A stretch of DNA of 64,000 nt. It comes from Minisyncoccota bacterium (GTDB lineage Bacteria; Patescibacteriota; Minisyncoccia; Phycocordibacterales; UBA2100). Within the stretch, counting starts at the first letter, position 1. Every line of letters starts with the position of its first letter. Below the pieces are notes generated by a model. That model ran no database searches, was not told the origin of the DNA, and saw only the letters and a list, made by a program, of their open reading frames with translations. Position numbers and translations under genes: made by a program. Location: positions 3,648-67,647 of the forward strand of contig OZ253947.1 of the NCBI GenBank assembly GCA_965267345.1, given 5' to 3'. Positions 33,996-43,471 of the stretch are shown here, piece by piece.

Positions 33996-35714
33996 ATGAC
34001 GCAGCGCTACCGATTTCACTCCACACCCACACGCGCCGTGCGCACTGCTCTGTCAGCATATAGTGACTTGGTGCAAACACTGTTACACGCACGCAACATC
34101 ACTACTGACACCGACGCCGCCGCGTTTCTCAATCCTGATTACGATGCACACGTACACGATCCGTTTGCCATGCGGGATATGGAGCGTGCCGTGGAACGCA
34201 TTACGCACGCCATCGAAAGTGGCGAACACATTGCCGTGTATAGCGATTTTGATGCCGACGGCATTTCTGGCGGCGTGCTGCTGCACGATCTATTTCGCAC
34301 CTGCGGCGTGCCGCGCGAGCGTTTCACCAACTACATTCCACATCGCGATGCAGAAGGGTACGGGTTTCATGGTGATGCCGTGAGCACACTCAAGCAGCAG
34401 GACGTGACACTTATCATTACCGTTGACGTTGGTACTGCTTCGAGCGACGCCGTTGATCGGGCACGCGAGCTCGGCATTGATGTCATAATTACCGACCACC
34501 ACTTGCCGACGCATGGTCTTCCCGATGCCTACGCGGTGCTGAATCCGCATCGTGACGATGAAACGTATCCGTTTGCTGATCTGTGCGGGACGGGCGTTGC
34601 ATTCAAGCTCGCGACGGCACTCATTGCACACGGTCGGGCGCAGAAGGCGTCGTGGGTTGCTGACATTCCTGACGGGTGGGAGAAGTGGCTTCTCGATGTG
34701 GTTGCTATCGCAACCGTTGCCGACATGATGCCACTCGTCGGTGAGAATCGTGCACTGGTGCACTGGGGGTTAGTGGTGTTACGCAAGTCGCGTCGCGTTG
34801 GCATTCGCGCACTGTGCAAAAAGCTGCGGCTACCGCAGCACCTGCTGACTGAAGAAGATATCGGATTTGCCATCGCACCCCGACTCAACACCGCCTCACG
34901 AATGGCATATCCTGAACTCGGGTTTACGCTGCTGACGACTGAGGACGAGGAGCAGGCACGTGCGACTGCAGCAGAACTTGAAACACTGAATAACAAACGC
35001 AAAGGGCAAGTCGCCGCAATGGTGCGCGAACTCACCGAGCGCTTCGGTGCTGTTGATGACGCAGTGCTCGTGGCGGGGAACCCATCGTGGAATCCTGCGC
35101 TCCTCGGGCTTGCCGCAAACTCACTGGTACAGACCTACGGAAAGGTTGTCTGTTTGTGGGGGCGTGAAGGTACGGGCACCCTCAAGGGGTCGTGTCGCGG
35201 TAACGGTGCCGTCGGCGTCACTGACTTGCTCGCCCATGCCGACAACGCTCTGTTGCAGTTTGGTGGCCACGAACACGCGGGCGGTTTCTCAGTGAAACCC
35301 GATGCAATACACACACTGGGTGAAACATTGAACAAAGCGTACGCGACATGTGCACGCGAGCGTACTAACGAGACACTCACCGTCGATGCAGCACTCTCGC
35401 TGTCACACGCCGCACACACCCATCGGGCTATTGCACCACTGCGTCCATTTGGCGTTGGGAATGACAAGCCGCTCTTCGCCTGTGAGCGCGTGACCATTGC
35501 CGCCGTGAAGCAGTTTGGGAAACAGGACGCGCATTTGGAAGTGCACATTGCCGAAGGGCAGACACAACTACGCGCGATTGCGTTTTATGCGCACCCTGAA
35601 CAATTCACGCGCACGCCGTCAGAAGGTGAGACGGTGACGCTCATCGGCACACTGGAGCAGTCGCACTTTGCCGGTCGCACACGTTTTGAATTGCGTATTG
35701 TGGACATTGTGTAA
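33996..35714 (+). CDS. recJ: single-stranded-DNA-specific exonuclease RecJ
   Basis: DHH motifs (DFDADGISG, VIITDHH) and a DHHA1-like C-terminal region (GGHEHAGG). Confidence 0.85.
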   Translation: MTQRYRFHSTPTRAVRTALSAYSDLVQTLLHARNITTDTDAAAFLNPDYDAHVHDPFAMRDMERAVERITHAIESGEHIAVYSDFDADGISGGVLLHDLFRTCGVPRERFTNYIPHRDAEGYGFHGDAVSTLKQQDVTLIITVDVGTASSDAVDRARELGIDVIITDHHLPTHGLPDAYAVLNPHRDDETYPFADLCGTGVAFKLATALIAHGRAQKASWVADIPDGWEKWLLDVVAIATVADMMPLVGENRALVHWGLVVLRKSRRVGIRALCKKLRLPQHLLTEEDIGFAIAPRLNTASRMAYPELGFTLLTTEDEEQARATAAELETLNNKRKGQVAAMVRELTERFGAVDDAVLVAGNPSWNPALLGLAANSLVQTYGKVVCLWGREGTGTLKGSCRGNGAVGVTDLLAHADNALLQFGGHEHAGGFSVKPDAIHTLGETLNKAYATCARERTNETLTVDAALSLSHAAHTHRAIAPLRPFGVGNDKPLFACERVTIAAVKQFGKQDAHLEVHIAEGQTQLRAIAFYAHPEQFTRTPSEGETVTLIGTLEQSHFAGRTRFELRIVDIV

Positions 35715-35750
35715 TACGCGTTCTGCTTTCGCGCTATCATACGAGCAGGT

Positions 35751-36881
35751 ATGTACACGTTCTCAAAAGCAGGTGCGTTTGACCACGCGTGGAAGCGTTT
35801 CAAGGAACGTCCGTTCTTCCTCATGGGTGTGTTCGTCTTGAGTGCGGTGCTCTTAAGTATTTCAGGATATTTTGCCGAGCGAAGTGGTACGGGAAGCGCA
35901 GTGCTCGCCACCAACATCATCGATTTTGTACTGAGCATTGTACTGAGCATGGGCGTGACGCAGATCACGCTCCGCATACACGACGGGGTGGATACGCACT
36001 ACCCTGATCTGTTTGAGCCGTTGGCGCTATTTTGGAAGTATCTTGCGGTGACTGTTCTCACCGGTGTGATTGTGCTGATCGGGCTTTTGCTGTTTATCAT
36101 TCCGGGTATCATTGCGGCATTGGCAATTAGCTTTGCACCATATCTGGTGATTGATAAGAAGATGGGTCCGATCGAAGCGCTGCACGAGAGTATTCGCATA
36201 ACGCACGGGCACCGCTGGAATTTGTTTGTGTTCAGTGTACTGCTGCTGGCAGTGAATGTGCTCGGTGCGCTCTTTCTCGGCCTCGGGTTGCTCATTACGG
36301 TGCCGGTGTCTGCACTGGCGCTAGTGTACGTCTACCGTTGGCTGCTCACGCCTGACGAAGCACGGGCGGTGCGCGTGTCACTTCTCTCAAAGGTTATCGC
36401 GAGTATCGTCGTCGTGTGTGCCTGCATTGCTGCAATTGGCGGCATCTTTGCACTGTCGACACAGCAGCCGTCAGAATCGACGACACCGACGGCGCAGAGT
36501 ATGGAATTGGAACGTGCGCAGCAACGCGACGCGCAACGCTACGCAGCAGTGGATGCGATTGCGCGTGCTGCGTCGCGCTACTACGAGCAGTATGACCGAT
36601 ACCCAACGATGCTGAGCGAACTCGTGCCGGCCTACCTGCCGAGCGTGCCGACTGATCCGGTGACGGCAGAGCCCTATGCCTACAGCGCGTACGCACCGGA
36701 ACTCGATTTTGAAGTATGTGCCTTTCTCGAAGTCGACCCTGCCGGCATCGTGTGTGAGTACGGCCTTGATGACGATGCCTACGCCGGCCACAGTGATGAT
36801 GAAGCACTTCCTGAGAGTGACGACGCTGCCAATTTTGACGACGATGAGGTTGTCTGGCCACCGCAGGGCGGGTTTGAATAG
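35751..36881 (+). CDS. fusion protein: DUF975-like polytopic membrane domain plus C-terminal pseudopilin (GspG-like) domain
   Basis: Five or six TM helices in the first 230 aa. Then a helix IVVVCACIAAIGGIFAL followed by ...YYEQYDRYPTMLSELVPAYLPSVPTDPVTAEPYAYSA, which resembles the T2SS-G / type IV pilin globular domain. Acidic tail. Confidence 0.45.
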   Translation: MYTFSKAGAFDHAWKRFKERPFFLMGVFVLSAVLLSISGYFAERSGTGSAVLATNIIDFVLSIVLSMGVTQITLRIHDGVDTHYPDLFEPLALFWKYLAVTVLTGVIVLIGLLLFIIPGIIAALAISFAPYLVIDKKMGPIEALHESIRITHGHRWNLFVFSVLLLAVNVLGALFLGLGLLITVPVSALALVYVYRWLLTPDEARAVRVSLLSKVIASIVVVCACIAAIGGIFALSTQQPSESTTPTAQSMELERAQQRDAQRYAAVDAIARAASRYYEQYDRYPTMLSELVPAYLPSVPTDPVTAEPYAYSAYAPELDFEVCAFLEVDPAGIVCEYGLDDDAYAGHSDDEALPESDDAANFDDDEVVWPPQGGFE

Positions 36882-36920
36882 ACAAGCATCAGTGCACAGG
36901 CTCTGCTATACTCCACACCT

Positions 36921-37331
36921 ATGGAGAGAGTCATCGTCTACACTGATGGAGCGTCGCGGGGGAACCCCGGCCACGCCGCGATTGGGGCGGCAATTTTTGA
37001 CGGCACCCAGCTGGTTGCCGAAGTACGGGAATATCTCGGTGAAAAAACCAATAATTGGGCTGAGTACGAGGCGGTGATCGCAGCGCTGAAAAAGGTCAAG
37101 CAACTCGGGCTACACACGCGTCCCGTGGAGTGCCGCATGGACAGCAAGCTAGTTGCCGAGCAGCTTTCGGGGAATTGGCAGATCAAGCATGAAAATCTCT
37201 TCGGACAATTTATCGCCGTACACAACATGCTGGTGAAAGACTTTGCGCATGTCGTGTTTGTGCACGTGCCGCGCGAGGACAACGCGCACGCCGACCGTCT
37301 TGCCAACGAAGCACTTGATGCGCGGACATAA
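36921..37331 (+). CDS. rnhA: ribonuclease HI
   Basis: VIVYTDGASRGNPG...EYEAVIAALK...HVPREDNAHADRLAN has the D-E-D-D catalytic residues in context. Confidence 0.9.
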   Translation: MERVIVYTDGASRGNPGHAAIGAAIFDGTQLVAEVREYLGEKTNNWAEYEAVIAALKKVKQLGLHTRPVECRMDSKLVAEQLSGNWQIKHENLFGQFIAVHNMLVKDFAHVVFVHVPREDNAHADRLANEALDART

Positions 37332-37348
37332 TGCGCTAGGCTGGGATT

Positions 37349-37642
37349 ATGAAAGACTTTTTTATCTTTATTCGCGAGCAGGGCATTGTGGGGTTGGCGA
37401 TCGGTTTCATTCTCGGTGGCGCTGTGTCGCAAGTGGTGCAAGCACTCGTGAATGACATCATCAATCCACTCATCGGGTACGCATTTAGCGGCGTTGATGA
37501 ATTGAGTGACATCATGATCGGCCCAGTCGCTTTCGGGCACTTCGTGACGGTCGTCATCGACTTTATTGTTATTGCTGCCGTTGTCTTCTTTATATTCAAG
37601 CGACTCAAGCTCGATCGGTTTGACGCCAAGAAAGCAACCTAG
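37349..37642 (+). CDS. mscL: large-conductance mechanosensitive channel
   Basis: MKDFFIFIREQGIVGLAIGFILGGAVSQVVQALVNDIINPLIG is a canonical MscL TM1. Confidence 0.9.
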   Translation: MKDFFIFIREQGIVGLAIGFILGGAVSQVVQALVNDIINPLIGYAFSGVDELSDIMIGPVAFGHFVTVVIDFIVIAAVVFFIFKRLKLDRFDAKKAT

Positions 37643-37657
37643 TTCTCGATAGGGTGT

Positions 37658-39154
37658 ATGTATCGTACGCACATGCGGTGGGTCGTGCCACTGGCGTGTG
37701 CTGCGTGTGCCTGTGGTATTGCGATTCGCAGCACGACGACGCTCGGAGTAGCGACTAGCGCGGCACTCGTAGGGATTGCACTGGCCACGCTGGCCTGCGG
37801 CTACCTCATATTTTCTACTCCGCGCGCTCGTATGTGGGCGTGGGTTGTTGTCGTTGGGTGTTTGGGTGTCGCATTTGGTATTGCACGCATGCACGCTGCC
37901 ATACCACCAGAGTCATTTGTGGTGCCGGAAACTGTGGTGAGTGTGTCGGGTACGGTCGTTGCCGAGCCTGATGCACGGGGCGCCTACACCAACCTCACGC
38001 TAGCATCGGACGCATTTCCGTATCGCATACTGGTGCGCACGCAGCCGCACATCACCGCATCGTATAGCGATGTGGTGCAGGTGACGGGTCGCCTAGAGCC
38101 GCCCGAGAACTTTGCCGGAACAGGCGGACGCATCTTCGACTACCAAGGCTACTTAGCAAAAGACCGTATTGGAGCCATTAGCGCATTTCCTGAAGCGGTA
38201 CAGGTGCATCCGCGCGATACGTTTACGTTGCTGGGGCCATTGTTTGCACTCAAGCATAGGTATCTCGATGTGCTAAATCGCGCGCTAGCCGAGCCGCATG
38301 CCGCGCTTGCGGGCGGTATCACCGTCGGTGCGCGACGGTCACTCGGCGATGAGCTCACCGAGCAGTTCCGACGCACGGGCATCATTCACATTGTAGTGCT
38401 ATCCGGCTACAACGTTGCTATCGTCGTGTTTTTTATTGCCGCACTCTTACGACCGTTCCCCGAGCGCATTCGTTACGTGGGGGCACTTATCGGCATCGCA
38501 CTGTTTGTGCTGCTCGTCGGTGCCGGTGCACCGGTGGTGCGCGCCGGCCTTATGGGCGGCATTGCCGTACTGGGTATGCTCACGCATCGCACGTACAGTG
38601 CGGTGCACGCGCTGTGCATCACCGCCTGCGCGATGCTCATCGCCAATCCGTACACACTGGTGTACGACCCTTCGTTTCAGCTGAGTGTGATTGCGACATT
38701 CGGGTTGCTCCTTGGCGCACCACGTCTTTTACCGTACCTCATGTGGCTACCAGAGCGGTACGCACTGCGAGAGCTTGTCGCCGTTACTGTCGCAACGCAA
38801 ATTGCCGTAACGCCGTGGCTGCTGTACCTCATGGGCGAGCTGTCCGTGGTCGCACTGCTCGTCAATGTGCTCATACTGCCCGTCGTGCCGCTGGCAATGC
38901 TCGCCGTGTTCGTTGTTGGTGTCGTCGGGTTCGTATCAAGCACGCTGGCGCTTGCGGTGGCCGCACCTGCGCACGCACTGTTGACCTACATGCTGTGGGT
39001 TGTTGCACAATTTGCAGCGCTCCCCTTTGCGGCAGTGAGTGTGCCGGCATTTCCGGTTGGTGGTGCGCTCGCTGCGTACCTGTTGCTTAGTTTCGTGCTT
39101 GTGTGGTGGCCGCGTCAAAGCGTGCCTGCACGGTCTCCCAATTCATATTTTTGA
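37658..39154 (+). CDS. comEC: ComEC/Rec2 DNA-uptake channel (N-terminal DUF4131 plus competence domain only)
   Basis: Polytopic membrane protein with IIHIVVLSGYNVAIV competence-domain signature; lacks the usual C-terminal metallo-beta-lactamase domain. Confidence 0.75.
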   Translation: MYRTHMRWVVPLACAACACGIAIRSTTTLGVATSAALVGIALATLACGYLIFSTPRARMWAWVVVVGCLGVAFGIARMHAAIPPESFVVPETVVSVSGTVVAEPDARGAYTNLTLASDAFPYRILVRTQPHITASYSDVVQVTGRLEPPENFAGTGGRIFDYQGYLAKDRIGAISAFPEAVQVHPRDTFTLLGPLFALKHRYLDVLNRALAEPHAALAGGITVGARRSLGDELTEQFRRTGIIHIVVLSGYNVAIVVFFIAALLRPFPERIRYVGALIGIALFVLLVGAGAPVVRAGLMGGIAVLGMLTHRTYSAVHALCITACAMLIANPYTLVYDPSFQLSVIATFGLLLGAPRLLPYLMWLPERYALRELVAVTVATQIAVTPWLLYLMGELSVVALLVNVLILPVVPLAMLAVFVVGVVGFVSSTLALAVAAPAHALLTYMLWVVAQFAALPFAAVSVPAFPVGGALAAYLLLSFVLVWWPRQSVPARSPNSYF

Positions 39155-39698
39155 AAAACGCATCGATGTACTGCTTTTTCTCTGCGGGAAGGTAGTCAAC
39201 CATAAAGGCATGCTCCCACATGTCGATCGTGAGAATAACGTCGACATCGGCAAGCGTGCCGAGTTCGTGATCGGTCGTCCAGAAGACATGTGGCGTGTTG
39301 CCCTTGGCGTCCCATGCAAGGGTCGTCCAGCCGGAACCGCGGCTCATCGAGACAGTCGTGAAGTGTTCAATGAATACATCCCAGCTGCCGTATTTGTCGG
39401 CAACTGCGTGTTCGAGTGCCGTACCGCGTGGTTCGTCGGTCGCACCGCCTTCCCACTGCGGGAAGTAGAATTCGTGCATGCGCATACCGTTAAATTCAAA
39501 GCCGAGTCGGCGGCGAGTTGACTCAATGGCAAAGTGATACTTCTCTGCATCAAGCGCCGAGAGGTCGGCAATTTGCTCTCTGAGTGCATTGATATTTTTT
39601 ACGTAGCCATTGTAGAGCTCGACGTGTACTTCGAGTTGTTTCTCGGAGATACCATCAAGGTCAGGAAAGGTGAATGTTTGTGCGTCGTAGGTGTGCAT
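39087..39698 (-). CDS. sodA: Fe/Mn superoxide dismutase (divergent)
   Basis: Metal ligands conserved in context: EVH (His26), MHEF (His ~73), DMWEHAF (Asp/His). Start at Met 39698 (MHTYDAQTF). Its 3' end overlaps the comEC 3' end by ~68 bp. Confidence 0.75.
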   Translation of the reverse strand: MHTYDAQTFTFPDLDGISEKQLEVHVELYNGYVKNINALREQIADLSALDAEKYHFAIESTRRRLGFEFNGMRMHEFYFPQWEGGATDEPRGTALEHAVADKYGSWDVFIEHFTTVSMSRGSGWTTLAWDAKGNTPHVFWTTDHELGTLADVDVILTIDMWEHAFMVDYLPAEKKQYIDAFFKNMNWETVQARFDAATTQARN

Positions 39699-39786
39699 AG
39701 GTGCTCTAGTGAGAATAAGTAATGTCTGGTACCAGTGTATCAAAGTGAGCCAAAACGCAAAATACGGAGCAGTTGGTTTTCTGTGC

Positions 39787-40596
39787 ATGCTTTTCTTCGT
39801 CGCGGCGGGGGTGTGGCATGCAGCGCTTAGCAAAGAGAGCACTGCACTGAGCGTGACCTTTTTAGATGTAGGGCAGGGAGATGCGGTGTTTATTGAAGCG
39901 CCCTCGGGTCGCCAAATGCTTATTGATGGTGGTCGCGACACAGCAGTATTGCGCGAACTCGGCGCAGTGATGCCATGGTACGATCGCTCGATCGACGTAG
40001 TGGTCGCGACGCATTTTGATGCTGATCACAGCGGTGGACTTGTGCCCGTACTCGAGCGTTTTGCCGTGACGCACGTGTTTGTTCCTGATCGCGACGTCCA
40101 CGAGGGCACTGCTGCTGCGTTTTTTCGCGCGGCAGAAGGGGTTGTGCTGCACGAGGCACGGCGTGGTATGCGAATCACGCTTGGCGACGACACGTACGTT
40201 CAGGTGCTGTTCCCTGATCGCGATGCAACGACATGGGAGGAAAACACGCGCTCCATTGTTGCGCAGGTCGTCTACGGACAGCATGTATTTTTACTGACGG
40301 GCGACGCACCGAGTGCAATCGAGGAGTACCTCGTGGCGCTTGATGGTGCGCAGTTGCAGAGCGATGTGCTGAAAGTGGGCCATCACGGCTCGCGCACGTC
40401 GAGCAGCCCGCTCTTTGTCGGCTACACTGTACCAGCGTACGCGGTCATGTCTCGTGGATGCGATAATCCGTACGGCCACCCGCACGCACGTGTGCGCGCG
40501 ACACTCGAGCAGTTTACAGTACGCACCTTTGATACGTGCACGGACGGACGCGTCACTTTTGAAAGCGACGGAACGATACTGCGCGTGCACCATTGA
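39787..40596 (+). CDS. metallo-beta-lactamase-fold protein (stand-alone ComEC C-terminal-like MBL domain) with N-terminal signal/anchor
   Basis: LDVGQGDAVFIE...THFDADHSGG...VGHHGSRTSSS match the ComEC-type MBL motifs. Start probably Met 39787 (MLFFVAAGVW); ORF-track start 39691. Confidence 0.7.
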   Translation: MLFFVAAGVWHAALSKESTALSVTFLDVGQGDAVFIEAPSGRQMLIDGGRDTAVLRELGAVMPWYDRSIDVVVATHFDADHSGGLVPVLERFAVTHVFVPDRDVHEGTAAAFFRAAEGVVLHEARRGMRITLGDDTYVQVLFPDRDATTWEENTRSIVAQVVYGQHVFLLTGDAPSAIEEYLVALDGAQLQSDVLKVGHHGSRTSSSPLFVGYTVPAYAVMSRGCDNPYGHPHARVRATLEQFTVRTFDTCTDGRVTFESDGTILRVHH

Positions 40597-40656
40597 CCTC
40601 TGCACATAGATATAGTTTATTTCTTCCAAGCGCACTGAGACAGAAGGGAGGAACTC

Positions 40657-41106
40657 ATGCGAGTGTTCTTTGCGATGGTAATTACCGTCATGCTTACGTC
40701 CTCTGCCCAAGCAGAGGTTGCCGGCGTGTGGCGTGAAATGAGCGACCGTGCGTGGATGAAGGTGGTTCCGCAGGGAATCTGCAAAGTCACGCTGAATCAG
40801 GAAGAAGGGTTCTATGATTTTCAGGCGCCAGATACGCCGATCGTCTCACGGCTCAATGATGCCGCGGGTACCTACGTGCAAGACGGTGTATACCTCAATA
40901 CGTATGGCGTGTACATTGCCTTTGGCGACAAGGACGATTACGCGACGTTCATTCGTCTCTGCGATGGACTCCCGGGCGGCGTGTCATTCCCGAAAGAGTT
41001 GTGTGTCGATCCGAACAATTGCGGACCGGCGCAGGGTAAGGGAAAAGGCCGGAGCGAAAGCTCCGGCCTTAGTTTTTATACTTGCGTTTGGGTGGGCGAC
41101 TACTAG
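40657..41106 (+). CDS. secreted hypothetical protein
   Basis: Signal peptide MRVFFAMVITVMLTSSAQA with AGGGAGG SD upstream; 4 Cys; no recognised motifs. Confidence 0.45.
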   Translation: MRVFFAMVITVMLTSSAQAEVAGVWREMSDRAWMKVVPQGICKVTLNQEEGFYDFQAPDTPIVSRLNDAAGTYVQDGVYLNTYGVYIAFGDKDDYATFIRLCDGLPGGVSFPKELCVDPNNCGPAQGKGKGRSESSGLSFYTCVWVGDY

Positions 41107-41345
41107 ATGAGTCCCGCTTCTTTGAGTGTTTTGTAGGCACCGTTTTTGTTGATGGTCTTGATTGCTTTGGTTGAGAGCGTCAGCGTCATGGTCTTGTCGA
41201 TCTCAGGAATGTAGAGTGTCTTCTTCTGCAAGTTTGCATAGCGACGCTTCTTGCCGCCAGGGTTAAACTGCGTCGCACGCGTACGGTTGCTGTAGCGTCC
41301 GCCGACTTGAGATGATTTCCCTGTTACCATGCATGTCTTTGCCAT
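41103..41345 (-). CDS. rpmB: 50S ribosomal protein L28
   Basis: MAKTCMVTGKSSQVGGRYSNRTRATQFNPGGKKRRYANLQKKTLYIPE matches the L28 N-terminus. Confidence 0.85.
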   Translation of the reverse strand: MAKTCMVTGKSSQVGGRYSNRTRATQFNPGGKKRRYANLQKKTLYIPEIDKTMTLTLSTKAIKTINKNGAYKTLKEAGLI

Positions 41346-41395
41346 AATGCGGGGCATGCTACCATGTAGGTGCGCATTGCGCAATTCTTTTACGT

Positions 41396-42022
41396 ATGGG
41401 AGCAGACATTATATTCCTTATTGCGATACTCATTATATCGGTGGTATTTCACGAAGTGTCCCACGGATTTGCCGCACACTATCTGGGTGACCCGACGGCA
41501 CGCCTGCAGGGGCGTCTGACCCTTAATCCGATTAGTCACATCGACCCGATGGGCTCGGTTATTTTGCCGGCCATTCTGGTGCTCTCGGGTACGCCGTTTC
41601 TTATCGGGTGGGCAAAACCCGTACCGTATAATCCGTATAACTTTCGGAAAGGCGGGAAGTGGGGTGAGGCACTGGTTGCTGCTGCCGGCCCTGCCGCCAA
41701 CGTTGCTATTGCCGTGCTCTTTGGTCTGTTGCTGCGCTTTGGTGTCTTTCCTGCAGAAATGACAGCATTGGCATTTTCAATCGTATTCATTAATGTACTG
41801 TTGGCAATCTTTAACCTGATTCCACTGCCACCGCTCGACGGCTCGAAGGTGCTCTCAGCACTGCTGCCGGTTACGATGCGCATGCAGTACGAGCGGCTGC
41901 GCACCACGCTTGAGCGTAATTTCTTCCTTGGCATTGGTGCCATTATTATTTTTGTACTGCTTTTCGGTGCACAGTTCGCTGCAGGTATTTCCTACATTAC
42001 TCGCGTTATTGTCGGTGCGTAG
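41396..42022 (+). CDS. site-2 protease family (M50) zinc metalloprotease-like membrane protein
   Basis: HEVSHG (HExxH) in the first TM segment, LDGS third-ligand motif, polytopic. Confidence 0.7.
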   Translation: MGADIIFLIAILIISVVFHEVSHGFAAHYLGDPTARLQGRLTLNPISHIDPMGSVILPAILVLSGTPFLIGWAKPVPYNPYNFRKGGKWGEALVAAAGPAANVAIAVLFGLLLRFGVFPAEMTALAFSIVFINVLLAIFNLIPLPPLDGSKVLSALLPVTMRMQYERLRTTLERNFFLGIGAIIIFVLLFGAQFAAGISYITRVIVGA

Positions 42023-42023
42023 T

Positions 42024-42464
42024 ATGGAGCGTATTCGTATTGAGCACGTCTCTGACACCGCTAATAAGCGAGATGTCGGAGAACGCACAGCAGCCCTTGA
42101 GCGTAATGAGCATGAGCGATGGAAGGCTGTTGAGAAAGAGGTAGCTAACGATAACGAGGCGCCCTTACTGACAGTGGAGGAGTTCGAGGCAGTGACCGAC
42201 CCATTCAAGCAGCTCGCGCTGCAGTTGCAGGAAACGCTTGGTTTGGAAAAGAAGAGAGCGCAGGCAATTGTGCAGTACACGCACGAAAATGCGGAGGTAA
42301 TTCGCAGTACTCAGCAGAGTGTAGAGGTGAACGAACAGAGTAGGGAGGCCATTCGCGACTTGGCAGGGGATACGCAGATGGGTGCAGCGGCGTGGCGACT
42401 TATGCACCAAGCACTCATCCGAGAAAAGGTACCGCACGCAGAGCAGCGAGCAGCTGCATCATAA
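42024..42464 (+). CDS. hypothetical protein (146 aa, charged/helical)
   Basis: ATG at 42024 immediately follows the M50 gene stop. The 5' extension in the ORF track overlaps the M50 gene. Confidence 0.45.
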   Translation: MERIRIEHVSDTANKRDVGERTAALERNEHERWKAVEKEVANDNEAPLLTVEEFEAVTDPFKQLALQLQETLGLEKKRAQAIVQYTHENAEVIRSTQQSVEVNEQSREAIRDLAGDTQMGAAAWRLMHQALIREKVPHAEQRAAAS

Positions 42465-42527
42465 AGTTGCATTATCGACAGCTGCATAGTATATTTCCCC
42501 AACGCCTGCGTGGCGGTTTTTAGTTAT

Positions 42528-42944
42528 ATGGCAACAATAAACCAACTCGTACGAAAGGGACGCAAAAATGTCGAGCGCAAGAGCAAGACAGTGGCTCTTC
42601 GTCGTGGCTTCAATAGTTTGAAGAACACACCGTCACGATACCCGTCACCATTTAAGCGCGGTGTGTGTACCAAGGTGACGACAAAAACCCCACGTAAACC
42701 AAACTCAGCTATCCGTAAAATTGCTCGTGTGCGACTCACAAACGGCATGGAGGTTACTGCCTACATTCCAGGTGAGGGACACAACCTGCAGGAGCACTCA
42801 GTAGTAGTGGTGCGCGGCGGTCGTGTGAAGGACATTGGTGTTCGCTACACAATCGTCCGCGGTCGCCTCGATGCTGAAGGTGTCACGAACCGCAAAACGG
42901 GTCGCTCGAAGTACGGAACAGCTAAACCAAAGGGAGGTGAATAA
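42528..42944 (+). CDS. rpsL: 30S ribosomal protein S12
   Basis: [13 protein letters not shown]...PKKPNSALRK-like core. Confidence 0.95.
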   Translation: MATINQLVRKGRKNVERKSKTVALRRGFNSLKNTPSRYPSPFKRGVCTKVTTKTPRKPNSAIRKIARVRLTNGMEVTAYIPGEGHNLQEHSVVVVRGGRVKDIGVRYTIVRGRLDAEGVTNRKTGRSKYGTAKPKGGE

Positions 42945-42949
42945 ACACT

Positions 42950-43420
42950 ATGCGACGACCACTGAAAAAAAAGCACGAATTGGCGCCTGATCCTGTATAC
43001 GGCTCGGTAAAGGTGACCAAGCTCATCAACTACATTATGGAGTCAGGAAAGAAAGATGCTGCACGCAAAATTGTGTACGGTGCGTTTGATGAACTGAAGG
43101 GCAAGGACGGTAAAGAAGACCCTGTCGCACTCTTCGACACGGCGATTAAGAATGTCGGCCCGTTAATGGAAGTGCGTTCACGACGTGTGGGCGGTGCGAA
43201 CTATCAGGTACCGCGCGAAGTACGCCCCGAGCGTCGTTTGGCACTGGGACTGCGTTGGATTGTCGACGCGGCGAATGCCGGCAGCGAACACCAAATGAAG
43301 ACACGGCTTGCGAACGAGATTCGTCGCGCTGCCAATGAAGAAGGTGAGGCAGTAAAGAAGCGCGAAAACACGCACAAAATGGCTGAGGCCAACAAAGCAT
43401 TCGCTCACTTTGCGTGGTAA
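42950..43420 (+). CDS. rpsG: 30S ribosomal protein S7
   Basis: Canonical S7 sequence; str-operon order. Confidence 0.95.
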   Translation: MRRPLKKKHELAPDPVYGSVKVTKLINYIMESGKKDAARKIVYGAFDELKGKDGKEDPVALFDTAIKNVGPLMEVRSRRVGGANYQVPREVRPERRLALGLRWIVDAANAGSEHQMKTRLANEIRRAANEEGEAVKKRENTHKMAEANKAFAHFAW

Positions 43421-43471
43421 GTCCGCGCGAGCGCTGCACCACATCGTTATTATTTGTAAGGAATTGTTTTC

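Noticed and set aside
36394-36885. 163-aa Arg/His-rich ORF on the minus strand
   Set aside because: Antisense to the DUF975-pseudopilin gene; no start context; composition artefact.
39699-39941. N-terminal 81-aa extension of the sodA ORF (ORF track 39087-39941)
   Set aside because: SOD homology starts at Met 39698. The extension overlaps the divergent MBL-domain gene start and has no features of a signal peptide.
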